Position numbers and translations under genes: made by a program. From Blastocystis sp. Blastoise (taxonomy: Eukaryota > Protista > Bigyra: Opalinata): 64,000 nucleotides of DNA. Under the pieces are notes generated by a model. It made no database searches. It was not told where the DNA came from and worked only from the letters and a program-made list of their open reading frames with translations. This document shows, one piece after another, positions 1-17,677 of the stretch (positions within the stretch are counted from its first letter, which is position 1; each line of letters starts with the position of its first letter). The DNA lies in assembly GCA_039096225.1 (NCBI GenBank), contig JBBPEB010000014.1:1612001-1676000 (forward strand), read 5' to 3'.

Positions 1-4114
<4,114 letters not shown>

Positions 4115-4836
4115 TTGTCTATGTATACAAATATATTTTTTTTGTTTTCTATTGTTTCATGTATAATAATGTTTTTTAATATTCTTTCTTTCTTTCTTTT
4201 CTCTCATCAAAATATTGTTTTCATTTTATTATTTTTAATACACATATGTAATTTAATATAAAAATGTTTTCTTAATTATTATAATAATTATCATTACATT
4301 AAAAAAAACAATTATTTTGAACTAGGTTTTCATAAAATAGTGCAATAATCAATTAATTAAATATCTTTATTATCATTATAGATTATTTTAACAGATATAT
4401 ATCGAATTCGCACTCATTTCACAGAATTAGTTTAATTTTTCAACTTTTCCACTTAGAAATATAATTACAATTCTACTCTATCAACTTTATGCATTCAAAA
4501 CAAATAGTTATCCCTTTAATTTTATATTTACTACAATAAAATGTTAAAATAAGAACATTAGGCATTCCAAATTGTTTTAATCTCTTCTATATTATTCAGA
4601 AAGCATTAATAATTCGGAATTAAGCAATAATAATGCATAAAACAGAAAAATTCAGAGCAAAATGAAGAAATAAAAACTTAATAAATATTATTACCGTGAA
4701 TATATGCAATTTTCAAAACCAACAAAGAAAATTTTCTAGAAATTTTTCTGCTGAATAATCCAATAACAAGTACCATTTCTATGTTGTTAATTTTGTATAT
4801 TTAATTAATTAATTTTTATACTTTATATATATACAA

Positions 4837-7740
4837 ATGTCCACATTATCTTGGTCCATTAGTATTTTTGTTTGAATAGTCGTTACATATGTGTTGCAAT
4901 ATTTAGAGTGTCCTCCTTATTGTTCTTTTATAAGTGCAATTGCTACTAAAGCTCAATTTACCTTTCAAATCAAGGAATTAGAAAATGATATTCCTGTTTT
5001 AACTGCTGGAGAAGAAGAAGTAAAGGGAGATATTGAAATCGCTAAATATTTTGTATCTCATGCTAAGGATCAATCTCTTCTTGGAGGAGAAAATGCTGCC
5101 GAAGTTGACACAATTCTTGCTATGACTATTAATCCTGGTACTCTTCATAAGATTAATGAAGATTTAGCTACTAGAACTTACCTTGTTGGTTTTGGTATCA
5201 CTTTAGCTGATATATATGTTTGGTCTTGTATTAAGGGTATATATATGATTTTATTGTTTATTATTTTTTTTTATTATTTTTATTGTTTATTTTTTTATTA
5301 TTATTATTTTTATTATTATTTTTATTGTTTATTTTTTTATTATAAATTATTTTTTCATTATTAATCATTTTATTATTATTAATTTTATCATTATATAAAA
5401 AATCAAATATATATACTATATTCTATATAGCTAAGGAGTTAGTTCTTGGAGATGATCTTATTCATGTAAATCGTTGGTTCTCTTTAGTATCTTCTAATGC
5501 TTCTATTAAACAAGCTCAAGGACGTGTTGCTAGTGGTATTCGTTCTGCTCAAAAGAATAATACTCCTGATGCTGAATTAGCTAAGTATTTATTATTATTT
5601 TATTATGTAACTAGTGGATATTATATATATATATATAATTTCTTTACTAATTAGTTATTTTTCTATTATTCACTATATATATCTTATATCTATAGAAAAG
5701 CTCGTGAAGCTTTAACAAAGAAAGATGATAATAAGGTTGCTAGTAAGAATGAAGAGACTAGTAGTTTAGGTGCTATGCCTGATCTTCCCGGTGCTGTGAT
5801 GGGTCATGTAATGACACGTTTCCCTCCTGAAGCTTCTGGTTTCTTACATATTGGTCATGTTAAAGCTGCTATGCTTAATGCTTTCTATGCTAAGAGATAT
5901 AATGGTAAATTATTAGTACGTTTTGATGATACAAATCCTTCTAAGGAAAAACAAGAATTTGAAGATAGTATTATTGAAGATTTAGCTTCTTTAGATATTC
6001 GTCCTGATGTAGTTTCTCATACTTCTGATTTCTTCCCTATTATATTTGAAAAAGCTAGACAATTAATAGTAGAAGGAAAAGCTTTTATGGATAATACAGA
6101 TCAAGAAACAATGAGAAAAGAAAGAATGGAAAGAGTAAATAGTAAGAATCGTGATTTATCTGTCGAAGAAAATCTTCGTTTATTTGATGAATTATGTAAA
6201 GGTACACCTGAATATCAAGAATATTGTTTAAGAGCTAAGATTGATATGCAAAGTCCTAATGGTACTTTAAGAGATCCTGTTATTGTTCGTTATTTCCCTC
6301 TTACTCACTTACGTACTGGAGATAAGTATTTGTTTATTAGTATTATTTTTTTTTTTTTATTTTTTTATGTTTATTTTTATTCTTTTTTTTTTTTATTTAT
6401 TATGATATTTATTTTTAGTATTATTATGTTTATTATTAATAATAATAAATTTTAAATTAATTTAACTATACTATTACTATTATATATATATATAGATATA
6501 AGGCTTATCCTTGTTATGATTTAGCTTGTCCTATAGTAGATTCTATTGAAGGAGTAACTCATGCTATGAGAACTACTGAATATAAAGATCGTGATGAACA
6601 ATATATGTGGTTCCAAAAAGCTATGCATTTAAGAGAAGTTACTATTGTCGAATTTGCTCGTATGAACTTCCAATATACATTAATGTCTAAACGTAAGTTA
6701 ACTTGGCTTGTAGATCATGGTGAAGTTGAAGGTTGGGATGATCCTAGATTCCCTACTGTTAAAGGTGTTCTTAGAAGAGGTATTCAATTAGAAGCTTTAA
6801 GAAACTTTATTTTATCTCAAGTATATTATACTGATATTTATTATATATTATTATATTTATATTTATTATTATATGTATTATTATATTTATTATAAATATT
6901 TTTATATGTATTATTATGTTTATTATATATTATTATTATTATAAATATTCATAGATACGAATAATATATACTATTTATATAGGGTTTCTCTAAACGTATT
7001 GTCACTATGGAATGGGATAAATTCTGGAGTGATAATAAGAAGATCTTAGAAAAGATTGCTAAGAGATATATGGGTATTATTAAAGATAATCATGTAGAAT
7101 TACATTTAACAAATATGCCTGCTGAACCTACTACTATTTCTGTTCCTCTTCATCCTAAAGATACTTCTTTTGGTAATAAAGATATTTTCATTGGTAATAC
7201 TATTCTTTTAGAACCTGAAGATGCTGCTGAATTAGAAGAAGGAGAAGAAATCACTTTAATGAGATGGGCTAATATGATTATTAAGAAGATTAATAAGAAT
7301 GAAGAGGGTACTATTATCTCTATTGAAGGTGAATATCATCCTGAAGTATTTATTTATTTATTTTTATTATATTTATTTTTATTTTATTTATTTTTATTTT
7401 TATAATTTTTATTTATATTTATTGATATTTATTGATATTTATTGATATTTATTGATATTTATTTATTTATTTATTTATTTATTATATATTTAAAAAAATA
7501 TTATTATCTAATTTATTAGTTTTATCTCTTATTGTTTTACTATATTCTATTATATATTGAATATATAGGGTGATTTCCGTACTACTAAACATAAATTATC
7601 ATGGGTTTGTAAGACTGATAAATTACAAGATGTTAAGTTAATTGAATATGATTATTTATTAACGAAGAAGACTCTTGAAGAAGATGATGATTTCTTAGAT
7701 TTCTTAACTTCTAATGATCATCCCACTAAAGTTGTTGTAT

Positions 7741-7773
<33 letters not shown>

Positions 7774-8010
7774 TAATTCTATAAATATATTATTTATCTA
7801 TTTTTTATGATAAATTATATATAGACAGAAGCTCTTGTCAATGCTGCTATGAAAGGTATTAAAGTGAATGATGTTATTCAATTAGAAAGACGTGGATTCT
7901 ATAGATGTGATAAAGAAGCTACTGAAACATCTCCTGCTGAACTTATCTTAATTCCTGATGGAAAACAAAAAGCTATGAGTAAATTAAGTTCTGCTTTAGG
8001 TCATAAGTAA
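4837..8010 (+). CDS. Cytosolic glutamyl-tRNA synthetase with N-terminal GST-like domain, 6 introns
   Basis: [18 protein letters not shown] (HIGH), [27 protein letters not shown] and [12 protein letters not shown] motifs. All six GT-AG introns splice in frame from ATG 4837 to TAA 8010. Confidence 0.95.
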
Positions 8011-8265
8011 AATAGAATCACTTTTTTTAAATATTTATTAGAATTATATATAATATATATATTTAATGTAATTTTTTTTATCGAATCTAAGATATCAACA
8101 ATTCATATCTATCTGCTATATTAGCTTGTTATTATGTAGTTTTGTTCAATTCTATAAATTAATCCAATAAAATTATTGCTTTAGAACCATTAATCATAAT
8201 ACTCATGCAAAACAACTTTTCTAATTGAAAAAATAATAATAAACAATATCTTACACAAGACATTT

Positions 8266-8533
8266 TTAATAAATCATACCCCTATATACTCCTAATGCCC
8301 CAAAAAAGATAGACAAACCTAACGCAAATCGTCTGTCCAAAACTTTCACCTTAGGAAATTTCCTGTAGTTGTAAAATGCATAACCTGACATTCCCAAGCA
8401 AACAGCTGTACCACTAATACGGCATCTGTATTATTTTTGATAAAAAGATAATGTATTCAACATACCCAAGACAATCTTCACCAGGCTTCTTATGTGGAAT
8501 TGGATTTGAAGGATCTGATTGATTTGGATTCAT
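8266..8533 (-). CDS. Small DUF4536/DMAC1 (TMEM261)-like membrane protein, absent from the ORF track
   Basis: Removing a 40-nt GT-AG intron (8465-8426) gives MNPNQSDPSNPIPHKKPGEDCLGCRISGTAVCLGMSGYAFYNYRKFPKVKVLDRRFALGLSIFFGALGVYRGMIY*. DCxxCR-xxG followed by two hydrophobic helices ending in GVYR matches the family pattern. Confidence 0.8.
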
Positions 8534-9389
8534 AATATAAAATGTAAAAGTGTTTTCTTAAAGAAGTTTCTTTTTTATTTCTATTTCCAGTTTTATTTTC
8601 TATATATTCTTTAAGAAATTAAAAAAATATATATCCTTGTGTTCTAGAAGTATAGGATATTCTAATAATTTGTTACTCATTGTGTTAACAAAAATACTGT
8701 ATTAATAAGAAAAATATTATCATTTTTTTCATAGTTAAATTGCCTTTCCTTGCACTAAAAATAATAATCCAATGCTTCACATATATTAATTAAGACGATT
8801 ATTAATGAATTCAAATTTATATATTTTTAATTCTCTCGTTATTTCTTCATCACTTTATAATTTGAACACCTATACAACGCATGAATTCAGAAACAATAAA
8901 TTGTTTGAATTAAAACACATCTAGTCCATATCTTCCAATTTGAAAAATGAAAAAATAAACTGTTAAATGCTAAAACTAATGATTTAAAACATCTACACCA
9001 CAATTATATATAGAAATAAAATTTGATTCTAATTAATTCATTTAGAAATTCGTGTCATTTTTCAAAAAATATGAAGTTCCATTACGTCTCTGTAAGATTC
9101 TAAAGAGATATTTAGGTATAAGTTGATAACAATGAAAGCTAATGACGAAATACATGTTTAACGAATAAGAACAAAACAGCAATAATTAAAAATTGTTATT
9201 GCACTCAAAATGAGAAATGAAAATAATAAAACCATGAATTTCTCTTTTTTTCTAGTATAGATTTAAATCAGCCACATGACAAAATGACAAACCCTAAACT
9301 ATTTTTGATACTTGTTCTCATGACCATATTTTGATAAAAGAAAAAAAAAATATCCTTTGGACAGAATACTTTATTTAAACTATCACAAT

Positions 9390-10513
9390 ATGTCTGGTAT
9401 ATATCCATTATCTTTATAATATTTTGTTACATTTTGATTGGTGCTTTATCTTTCTTACATCCTGGTGTTCTTACTGGTGACGAAACTGAAAAACTTTTCC
9501 GTTATGCTCAAGAACAAGGATTTGCTATTCCTGCCTTCAACTGTACTACTTCTTCAACTGTCAATGCTGTTTTAGAAGGTGCTAAGGCTGTCAACTCTCC
9601 CGTCATCATTCAATTCTCTAATGGTGGTGCTGCTTTCTTCTGTGGTAAGTCTATTAAGGGTGATAACCAATATTCTGCTGTTCAAGGTGCTATTGCTGGA
9701 GCTAAATACGTTCATGCCGTTGCTGCTCTTTACGGAATTCCCGTTGTTTTACATACTGATCATTGTGCCAAGAAACTTCTTCCTTGGTTAGATGGTTGTC
9801 TTGATGAAGATGAAGCTTACTTCAACAAGTATGGTTATGCTCTTTTCTCTTCTCATATGATCGATTTATCTATTGAAAAACTCGATGATAACATTGAAAT
9901 CACCAAGAAGTATCTTGAAAGATGCAACAAGGTTGGTGTTCTTCTTGAAATGGAAATCGGTGTTACTGGAGGTGAAGAAGATGGTGTTGATAACACTGCT
10001 GTCTCTAACAATGCTCTTTATTCTCAACCTGAAGAAATTGATCACGTCTACACTGAATTAGGTAAGATTACTTCCAGATTCACTGTTGCTGCTGCTTTCG
10101 GTAACGTTCATGGTGTTTATGCTCCTGGTAACGTCAAGCTTCAACCTCAAATTCTTCACAACGCTCAACAATACGTTGCTGAAAAACACTCCCTCTCTGT
10201 CAAGCACCCCGTTATGCTTGTTTTCCATGGTGGTAGTGGTTCTCTTCCTGAAGAAATCACCTATGCTGTCAAGGCTGGTGTTGTCAAGATGAACATTGAT
10301 ACTGATACTCAATGGGCTTATTGGGAAGGTCTTAAGAACTTCTATGAAGAAAAGAAGGCTTATCTTCAAGGACAAATTGGTAATCCTGAAGGTCCTGAAA
10401 AACCTAACAAGAAGTTCTATGATCCTCGTGTTTGGGTTAGAAAGAGTGAAGAAACTATGAGAGATCGTGTCAAGCTTGCTTTTGAAAGACTTGGTGGATG
10501 CAATCGTAACTAA
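9390..10513 (+). CDS. FBA: Class II (metal-dependent, FbaA/yeast type) fructose-bisphosphate aldolase
   Basis: PGVLTG, VVLHTDHC, FSSHMIDLS, EMEIGVTGGEEDG, FGNVHGVY, VFHGGSGS, KMNIDTDTQW and KKFYDPRVW motifs. ATG at 9390 is followed by an intron from 9397; the acceptor is discussed in the findings. Confidence 0.95.
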
Positions 10514-10752
10514 ATAGTTTTTAACTAATTACTTTTGATTAATTTATATTTCATGTGTTTTGTTATTGGTTCATATTTAATATTTTTAAACAACATAAAT
10601 AGTGTATAGTAAATATTTGAAGAATTATATAAATTCTGACTTTGATAGCAAATGATATCGTTATTTTTTAAGAAGAAATCACTTTTAGAAATCTTTAGAA
10701 AAAGTGATTATTTATATAGTGTTCTCATTCACTCACAATAAGAATTATAAAT

Positions 10753-11556
10753 ATGGAATGTCCAATTGGTAACACTACTGTTCTAAAGGAATGGCTTCTG
10801 AAGAAAATGGATTTCAGAATGATATGGAAGAGACGTTTCTTTATTCTGTCAGGTGATCAACTAATTTACTACAGAGATATAGCAGATTCTGGTCCTAGAA
10901 ATATTTTCTATCTTAACGAATCGTATAAAATAGTTGATTATGGTTCTCAAGATAATATTCATCAATTCTCTTTATATCAAGGAAGTCAACGTTTGTTATG
11001 GTTAGCCACTGAAGATACCAAAGCTAAACAATGGATAAAAGCAATTCAAAATCAAATATCATACCATATTTGTACATCATCTCAAAAACATTTAAATAAA
11101 GAATTTCGTCCTTCTATTTCTATTTCTGAAAATGATTCTCCTTTAGTAGAACCAGTTGTTAGTCAATCTGTTCATATTCCTTCTTCTTGTGTAGATTTAT
11201 ATTTATAATTATTAGATTTATTTATTTTATATTATAATATATATATAATTATTAGATTTATAGATTTTATAATATAATATATATATAATTATTAGATTTA
11301 TAGATTTTATATATAATATATGTATAATTATTAGATTTATAGATATTATATTATAATATATGTATAATTTATTACATATATAAAGTTATATAATACAATG
11401 TGTGGTAGCTTTAGCAATAATTTAGAATTAAAAGAAATTACTGATGGATGTTTATTCTATACATTACCTAAAGTATATTATATATACATATATATATATA
11501 TAACTATAGATTTACTTTTAACGAAATATTATCTATATTCATTAGTTTATTGAGGA

Positions 11557-11587
<31 letters not shown>

Positions 11588-11989
11588 ATGTAATTATTTG
11601 TTATAAATAGACGGATATGCATCATTCTTATTCTGTCTGTAATACTTGTGTTAATTGTAGAATAGACTATTTAGTAGCCATTCTTATGGATTATCAATAT
11701 ATTAAACGACTGTATGCTTATTCTTTTTTTAATTATTATTATTATTATTGTTGTTTTATATATTATTTTTATTGGTCTTTGTAGTATATTTTATATTTAT
11801 ATATAGTATTTGTGCGTTATTCTATATATTATCTTATATTCTATATATTATACTATATCTATATTGTATATAATTATTAGATGGAGTCCATGTTTCTTCT
11901 CTGGAAATAAAGTTGAAGTTATATCTCCTTCTATTGATATTATTCATCTTATTTATAAACCTATTGTCGCTCTTACTTTCCCAGTGTAT

Positions 11990-12024
<35 letters not shown>

Positions 12025-12029
12025 TTAAT

Positions 12030-12100
<71 letters not shown>

Positions 12101-14577
12101 TTAATACATTATAATATATATATATATATAACATTATTATTGATACCTATTCTATTTAGTAAGATTCAGTCTTCTTATCGTGATGCTTGTCTTCTTCGTT
12201 ATACCAAGACTATTGACGATACTTATTATATTATTATGTCCTCTATCACTCATCCTCAATGTCCTGTCAATCCACATTATCAACGAGCAGAGTTCTGTAT
12301 TATATTAGTTTTTATTATTTATAAGTTATTTTTATTATTTTATATTATTTTATTATTTACTGTTTTTTTTTATATATAATATAATATAATATTCTTTTAT
12401 ATTATATTATATTATATTATATTATATTATATTATATTATAATATTTTTTTATTATATTATGATTGTTCTTGAATATTGTCTCTTTTATTGTTATAATTA
12501 ATAATATATTCTATATATATCTAAACACTTATCATTATTATAATACATAGGTATGGGATATAAAATACAGCCCGTAGAAGGTGACAAAGTCTCCGTCACT
12601 CTCTTCCTTAATATGAGACCATGTGGTTTCATTCAATATTTCCCTGGTATTGTAGATATATACACAAAACAAATGCTCTCTTCTCTTCCTGGTATATATA
12701 TATAATATAGATTGATTACTGATTATCATTATAAATCATGTTATTTCTATTGTATTATTTTTTCATAAAACATATACTTTGTATATAAAAAAAAAATCAT
12801 TAATTATCATATATATTTGTATTTAATTCATTTATAATTCTTCCCTATATATATTCTATTTATCTTTATCTCTTTCTTCATCTCTCTAGGTCTTACCTGT
12901 TTCCTCTCTCAACTCCCTAGTTTTCATATATATGCACTTATTGAGACTCTTAAGGGAAAGAGAGAAGTTGAAGAAGAAGTGAAAGATGTCGATATTATTC
13001 GAGAAACTCAAGAAGAACGTATATATATTATTATAGATATATTATATATTGTTATAGATATATTATATTTTATTATTATATATATAGTTGCTGTTTCTAG
13101 TTATATCAGTAATAGTATACCTCATTCTTTTGAAGCTGGAGTATATATATATGTTTTATTTTTTTATTTTTATTTTATTTTTATTTTATTATTTTATTTT
13201 TATTTTATTTTTATTTTATTATTTTATTTTATTTTACTTTAATTTTATTGTTCTTTTTGTTTTTATTTATATTTTTATCACATTATATATATAGAATTCA
13301 GAAGGTTATTGGGAAGAATGTCCTGATGTAATTTGGCGGGTTCGTGGACCTACTTATATAGAAACGCGGGAAAAACAAGAGTCTCTTCCTGGTTATTGTC
13401 AATTAGTAGCAGTTGATATATTCCGTTCAGCCAATAAGATTGAGAATATTGCGTCGAATCCAAATCATTCGGTAACAAAAGCTTCTCAACAAGTATATAT
13501 ATATATATAGTTTATAATTCTTTCGTATTCTCACTATTCTATATTTTACTTTATTATTAAATAAAATATATATATATATATATTAATAATGATAAGATTT
13601 CGGATATATATTTCCCTATATTTATAGCATTATCCACTCCCCGAGAACGGATTGTTCTTTGTTATTAATTTACAAATGACGCAGGGGTCACACGTTTCTG
13701 TTTCATGCACTTTTAGCGTCCCTCAATCTTTACAAGGTATATATAAACATATATAGTTGCTAATATGCTCATTTTTAGTATTATTTCTAATGTTTTATAT
13801 TGTATAAATATGTATTTCTTTTTTTTTTATATTATTAGAATATATTATTATTAACACATTTTTTTAATTGTTTTATATCGTATAATGAATATATATATAT
13901 TATTATTTATAGAGGATGGAAAACCCCTTGCTTTATTAAAAAAGTATATAAATGGCGGGAAAGAATTCAGAGACTCACGTTTTAAAATGATTCCTCGAAT
14001 TGAAGAAGGAAGGTATATATATATATATATTAAAAATGAATTGAATACATATAATAATTCTTACCTTTCATTAACTATATATATAGTTTCCTTATTAAGA
14101 AAGCTGTTGGTACTACTCCTGTATTACTGGGAAAGAAGGGTACTTCTGCTTATTATACTGTATATATATTAAACAATCATATTATTTATATTATTATTTA
14201 TATACTATTCTATATTTTTCAAAATAACATATATATATAATAATACTTATAGGGTCAATCTCCTATACCTTATTTTGAAGTTGATTTTGATATGGATAGT
14301 AACAGTGTAGCGAAAAATATGGCGAAAATGATGTTTGGTAATAGTAGCTCTATGGTTATTGATATTGGTTTCCTTATACAAGTATGTATATATATCTATA
14401 ATAGTAGTATTATTCATACTTATTCTACATTATTCAATAACATAATTATGTTTTACAAATAATATTATTTCTATTATTCTCTAGGGAGATTCATCCAATG
14501 AATTGCCAGAACGAATGATTGGCTCATTCCGATTGGTTCATGTAAATATAAATGAAGCTGTAATGCTGAATGAATAA
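10753..14577 (+). CDS. PH + START + EDR2 C-terminal (DUF1336) lipid-binding protein, 13 introns
   Basis: N-terminal PH (WLLKK...WKRRFFILSGDQLIYY...QWIKAIQ), START-like segment (YRDACLLRY...SITHPQCP...YQRAE), and EDR2_C motifs WRVRGPTY, RFKMIPRIEEG, KAVGTTPVLLGKK, YFEVDFD, IDIGFLIQG, ELPERMIGSFR. All introns are GT-AG and in frame. Confidence 0.88.
11205..11370. repeat. Degenerate intronic minisatellite, about 40-bp unit x4
   Basis: ATAATTATTAGATTTAT recurs four times at about 40-nt spacing. Confidence 0.8.
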
Positions 14578-15239
14578 AGAGATCAACATATTTTGTCTGA
14601 TTGACGTTGTGTTTTATAATATTATGATTTTGAGTTGTCATCACCAGATTTTGTTCTGTATCAACCATTCATTTTCTATATAAATATTTCAAACAATATA
14701 TATTGTGTCAATTTCCCGTTTATATAGTTCTAATGTAGTATTTATTATCAAATTTGTGTTGTTTACTTAGACTATCTATTTTATTGAATACATTTATATT
14801 AAAAAACAATTTAAACTATTTCTAAAGACTTAAATGAGAAATCATGTACAATAAATATTGACTATTTACAATACTTGCGTGTATACTGAAGTGCTCTATT
14901 AGATATATACAACAATATCAATCAAATAAAAGAATTATCAAATCAATAAGAGCATCAACCATAATTTTCACTTAGATTGTACCATGAAAATAATTATTCA
15001 CTTCTCATCTATGTGCTTATATATAACAAAGAATAAAAAACTCTTTGAATACTTTATAATTAATATATTAAGAGAAAACTAAGTTCTCCTTGAATTTCCA
15101 TGATTAAAATAAAAAATAAACATAGAAATTTCATTCTTTCATAAATAAAAGTCATTCTGATTTAATTCTATAATTTCTTATTAATTAGGTGACAAATGTA
15201 TAATAATGTCTTTTAAATTAAACTTATGGTTCTCTATAG

Positions 15240-15831
15240 ATGCAAAATTCAGTGGCCAATATAATTAGAAGTAGTCTTAGAAGAGCTCAAAGAGGATTAT
15301 ATGCTGGTAGTGAAAAATTATTTGGTAATAATGTGAGCCACTCTCAGAGAAAGTATATATTTATGTTTTTAAAATGTTTTATAAGTAGTTGTTTTTTCCA
15401 TACACTTTTTAAAGCATGATTTATTGATTTGAATATGATTATTATTCTATCCGTATCTAGAACAAGAAGATGTTGGGATCCTAATGTAAAAACAAAGAAA
15501 CTTTGGAGTGAGAATTTAAATCAATTTGTATGTTTGTAATTTATTCGTTTTTACATCTATTATATATGAGGTTTAAACGATTTATTTATTATTTTTTATA
15601 TATAATACATTAATTTATCTTTGTATACTAAAATTGATATTATATAAATAGGTTGAGGTTCGTGTTACAATGAATGCGTTACGAACAATTGAGAAAAAAG
15701 GTGGTTTAGATAATTATATTTTATATACAGATAAAGCAAAAATTGACAGTTCATTTGGTATGGATTTAAGAAGTAAAATAAAAGAAGCTATGAAACAGAA
15801 TGGTCAACAAGCACAACAAAGAATAGAATAA
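15240..15831 (+). CDS. MRPL28: Mitochondrial ribosomal protein bL28m, absent from the ORF track
   Basis: Spliced product contains RAQRGLYAG...FGNNVSHSQRKTRRCWDPNVKTKKLWSE...VRVTMNALRTIEKKGGLDNYIL. Two coding introns; possible 42-nt 5' UTR intron at 15198-15239. Confidence 0.92.
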
Positions 15832-16323
15832 TAACTGACTATTTTTTGTATAGAAATGATATTCTATTAATAATTCTTTTAAATATTAGAAAAACAATAA
15901 TAAAATAGGATAATACAATTGATTGTTTTGTTAAAAAAGGAAATAAAAAAGAATATTCATAATCTAATATAATTATGATACTTGATGAAATTATAAAACT
16001 TAAAATAGGTGTATATTCTTGAAATATATGAACATACACGTAACACAAAAAAAATGGTATATAAAAAAGTATATATCCAAATAAAAGAAGGAAAATACGA
16101 CTGTTAATGAATTGAATAGAATAAAAAACAAGTCAATTATTCAGGATCATATAAATTAGAAAAATATATATAATAGAAAATAATATAGGTAGAGATTTGT
16201 ATGATCTAGAATTAAAATCAGCACATATATAAATCAAAAAAAAAGAAGAAATAATAATAATAAGACAAGAATTTTATTTATTACAAATATAAATATTATT
16301 ATAAATGTAATGAGTATTGTTGA

Positions 16324-16772
16324 TTAGTCCATATGTTCAATACTAACAGCAAAGAATAAGAAGAGAATACCTCCAAATGCAGTCATAAATCGAGGTGATA
16401 CTTTCTTAGCTAAAATACTACCTGTAAGAGTAGCAAGAGTAGTACATATAAAGTGACCAAAACAACCACCAATCATAACAGATATAATAGGATTTGTACT
16501 AGCTAATAATATTGTAGATACCTAAAGAAATAGGAATATATATAGAGGTAAGATAGAATAATGATAATATATATGTATATATAATATACTTGAGAACGAT
16601 CACCCCATTCAGCAAAGAAAATCATAACAAAAACTTCAATAAATAAAGCTTTGAAACTTGATTTCTTCTTCTTATCTCCATGTTCTTTAAGTACAGTAGG
16701 ACTTACTAAAGGAGTTTGCTCACTATATAGATTGTCATAATAACTAAAAAAAATATTAAATAAATAAATAGA

Positions 16773-16816
<44 letters not shown>

Positions 16817-17677
16817 AATAATATATATATATATATATATAAGTAGAAGGAATAGGAGTAGGTGTGGCAGTAGTATTAACATTTGATTTAGTTAAAGTAT
16901 CTTGAGCTTCTTCATATTCAGAACTATAAATAATATTAAGAATATATATATATAATATATATAATATATATACTTATCATCTCCCATGTTTTTAGCATCA
17001 TATAACATCTTTACACCAAAAAAGACAAACTAAAATAAACATAATAATAATATAATAAATAACCATAATAATAAAAAATAAAACAACCATAATCATAAAA
17101 TAAAATAACCATAATAATAAAAAATAAAATAACCATAATAATAAAAAATAAAACAACCATAAAATAAAAAATAACCATAATAATAATAAAAACATATAAT
17201 ATATACAAGTAAACTAGCGATAGCTTGAGTAACATGAGGAGGAATAATGGCGGGTAAAATAACTCCAATAAAACAAGATAAAATAGTCATTAACCATAAA
17301 GCAATAACAGAACCACTCCAAATAGCCCATTTATTTTGTGTCATAGACAAAATAGCAGTAATAAAGAATGTTTTATCACCAAATTCAGTAGCAAGAATCA
17401 TAACAGTACTATGAAGAATACCGTGAACCCAAGCTTCAATGTGACTGTGTTTCTTATTTATATGTAATTTTTTTTCAACATTATCAGCAACAAAATCTCC
17501 TTTAAAATGACCCCATTTACCATTTCCATGAACTTCACTGTACTTTTCATTCTCTTCAGCTTTGTGTTGTTCAAGAATCTTTTTAAAGTGTTTCTTAAAA
17601 CCTTTTTGATCATGATGGTCAGCAGAGACACAAAGAATAAAGATCAAAAGAATAGCAAAAAATAAAGTCTTCTTCAT
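16324..17677 (-). CDS. GDT1: GDT1/TMEM165 (UPF0016) Ca2+/Mn2+ transporter with signal peptide, 4 introns
   Basis: Both family motifs are present, EFGDKTFF and AEWGDRSQ, with signal peptide MKKTLFFAILLIFILCVSA. The third intron lacks a GT at the expected donor (see findings). Confidence 0.92.
17041..17195. repeat. Degenerate intronic repeat, about 24-bp unit
   Basis: AACCATAATAATAAAAAATAAAA variants repeated about six times in GDT1 intron 1. Confidence 0.8.

Noticed and set aside
8281-8530. Relatively GC-rich island first suspected to be an ncRNA
   Set aside because: Explained by the spliced minus-strand DMAC1-like CDS.
9434-9436. TTG start for aldolase given by the ORF track
   Set aside because: An upstream ATG followed by a consensus donor is a better explanation in a eukaryote, although a near-cognate start is not formally excluded.
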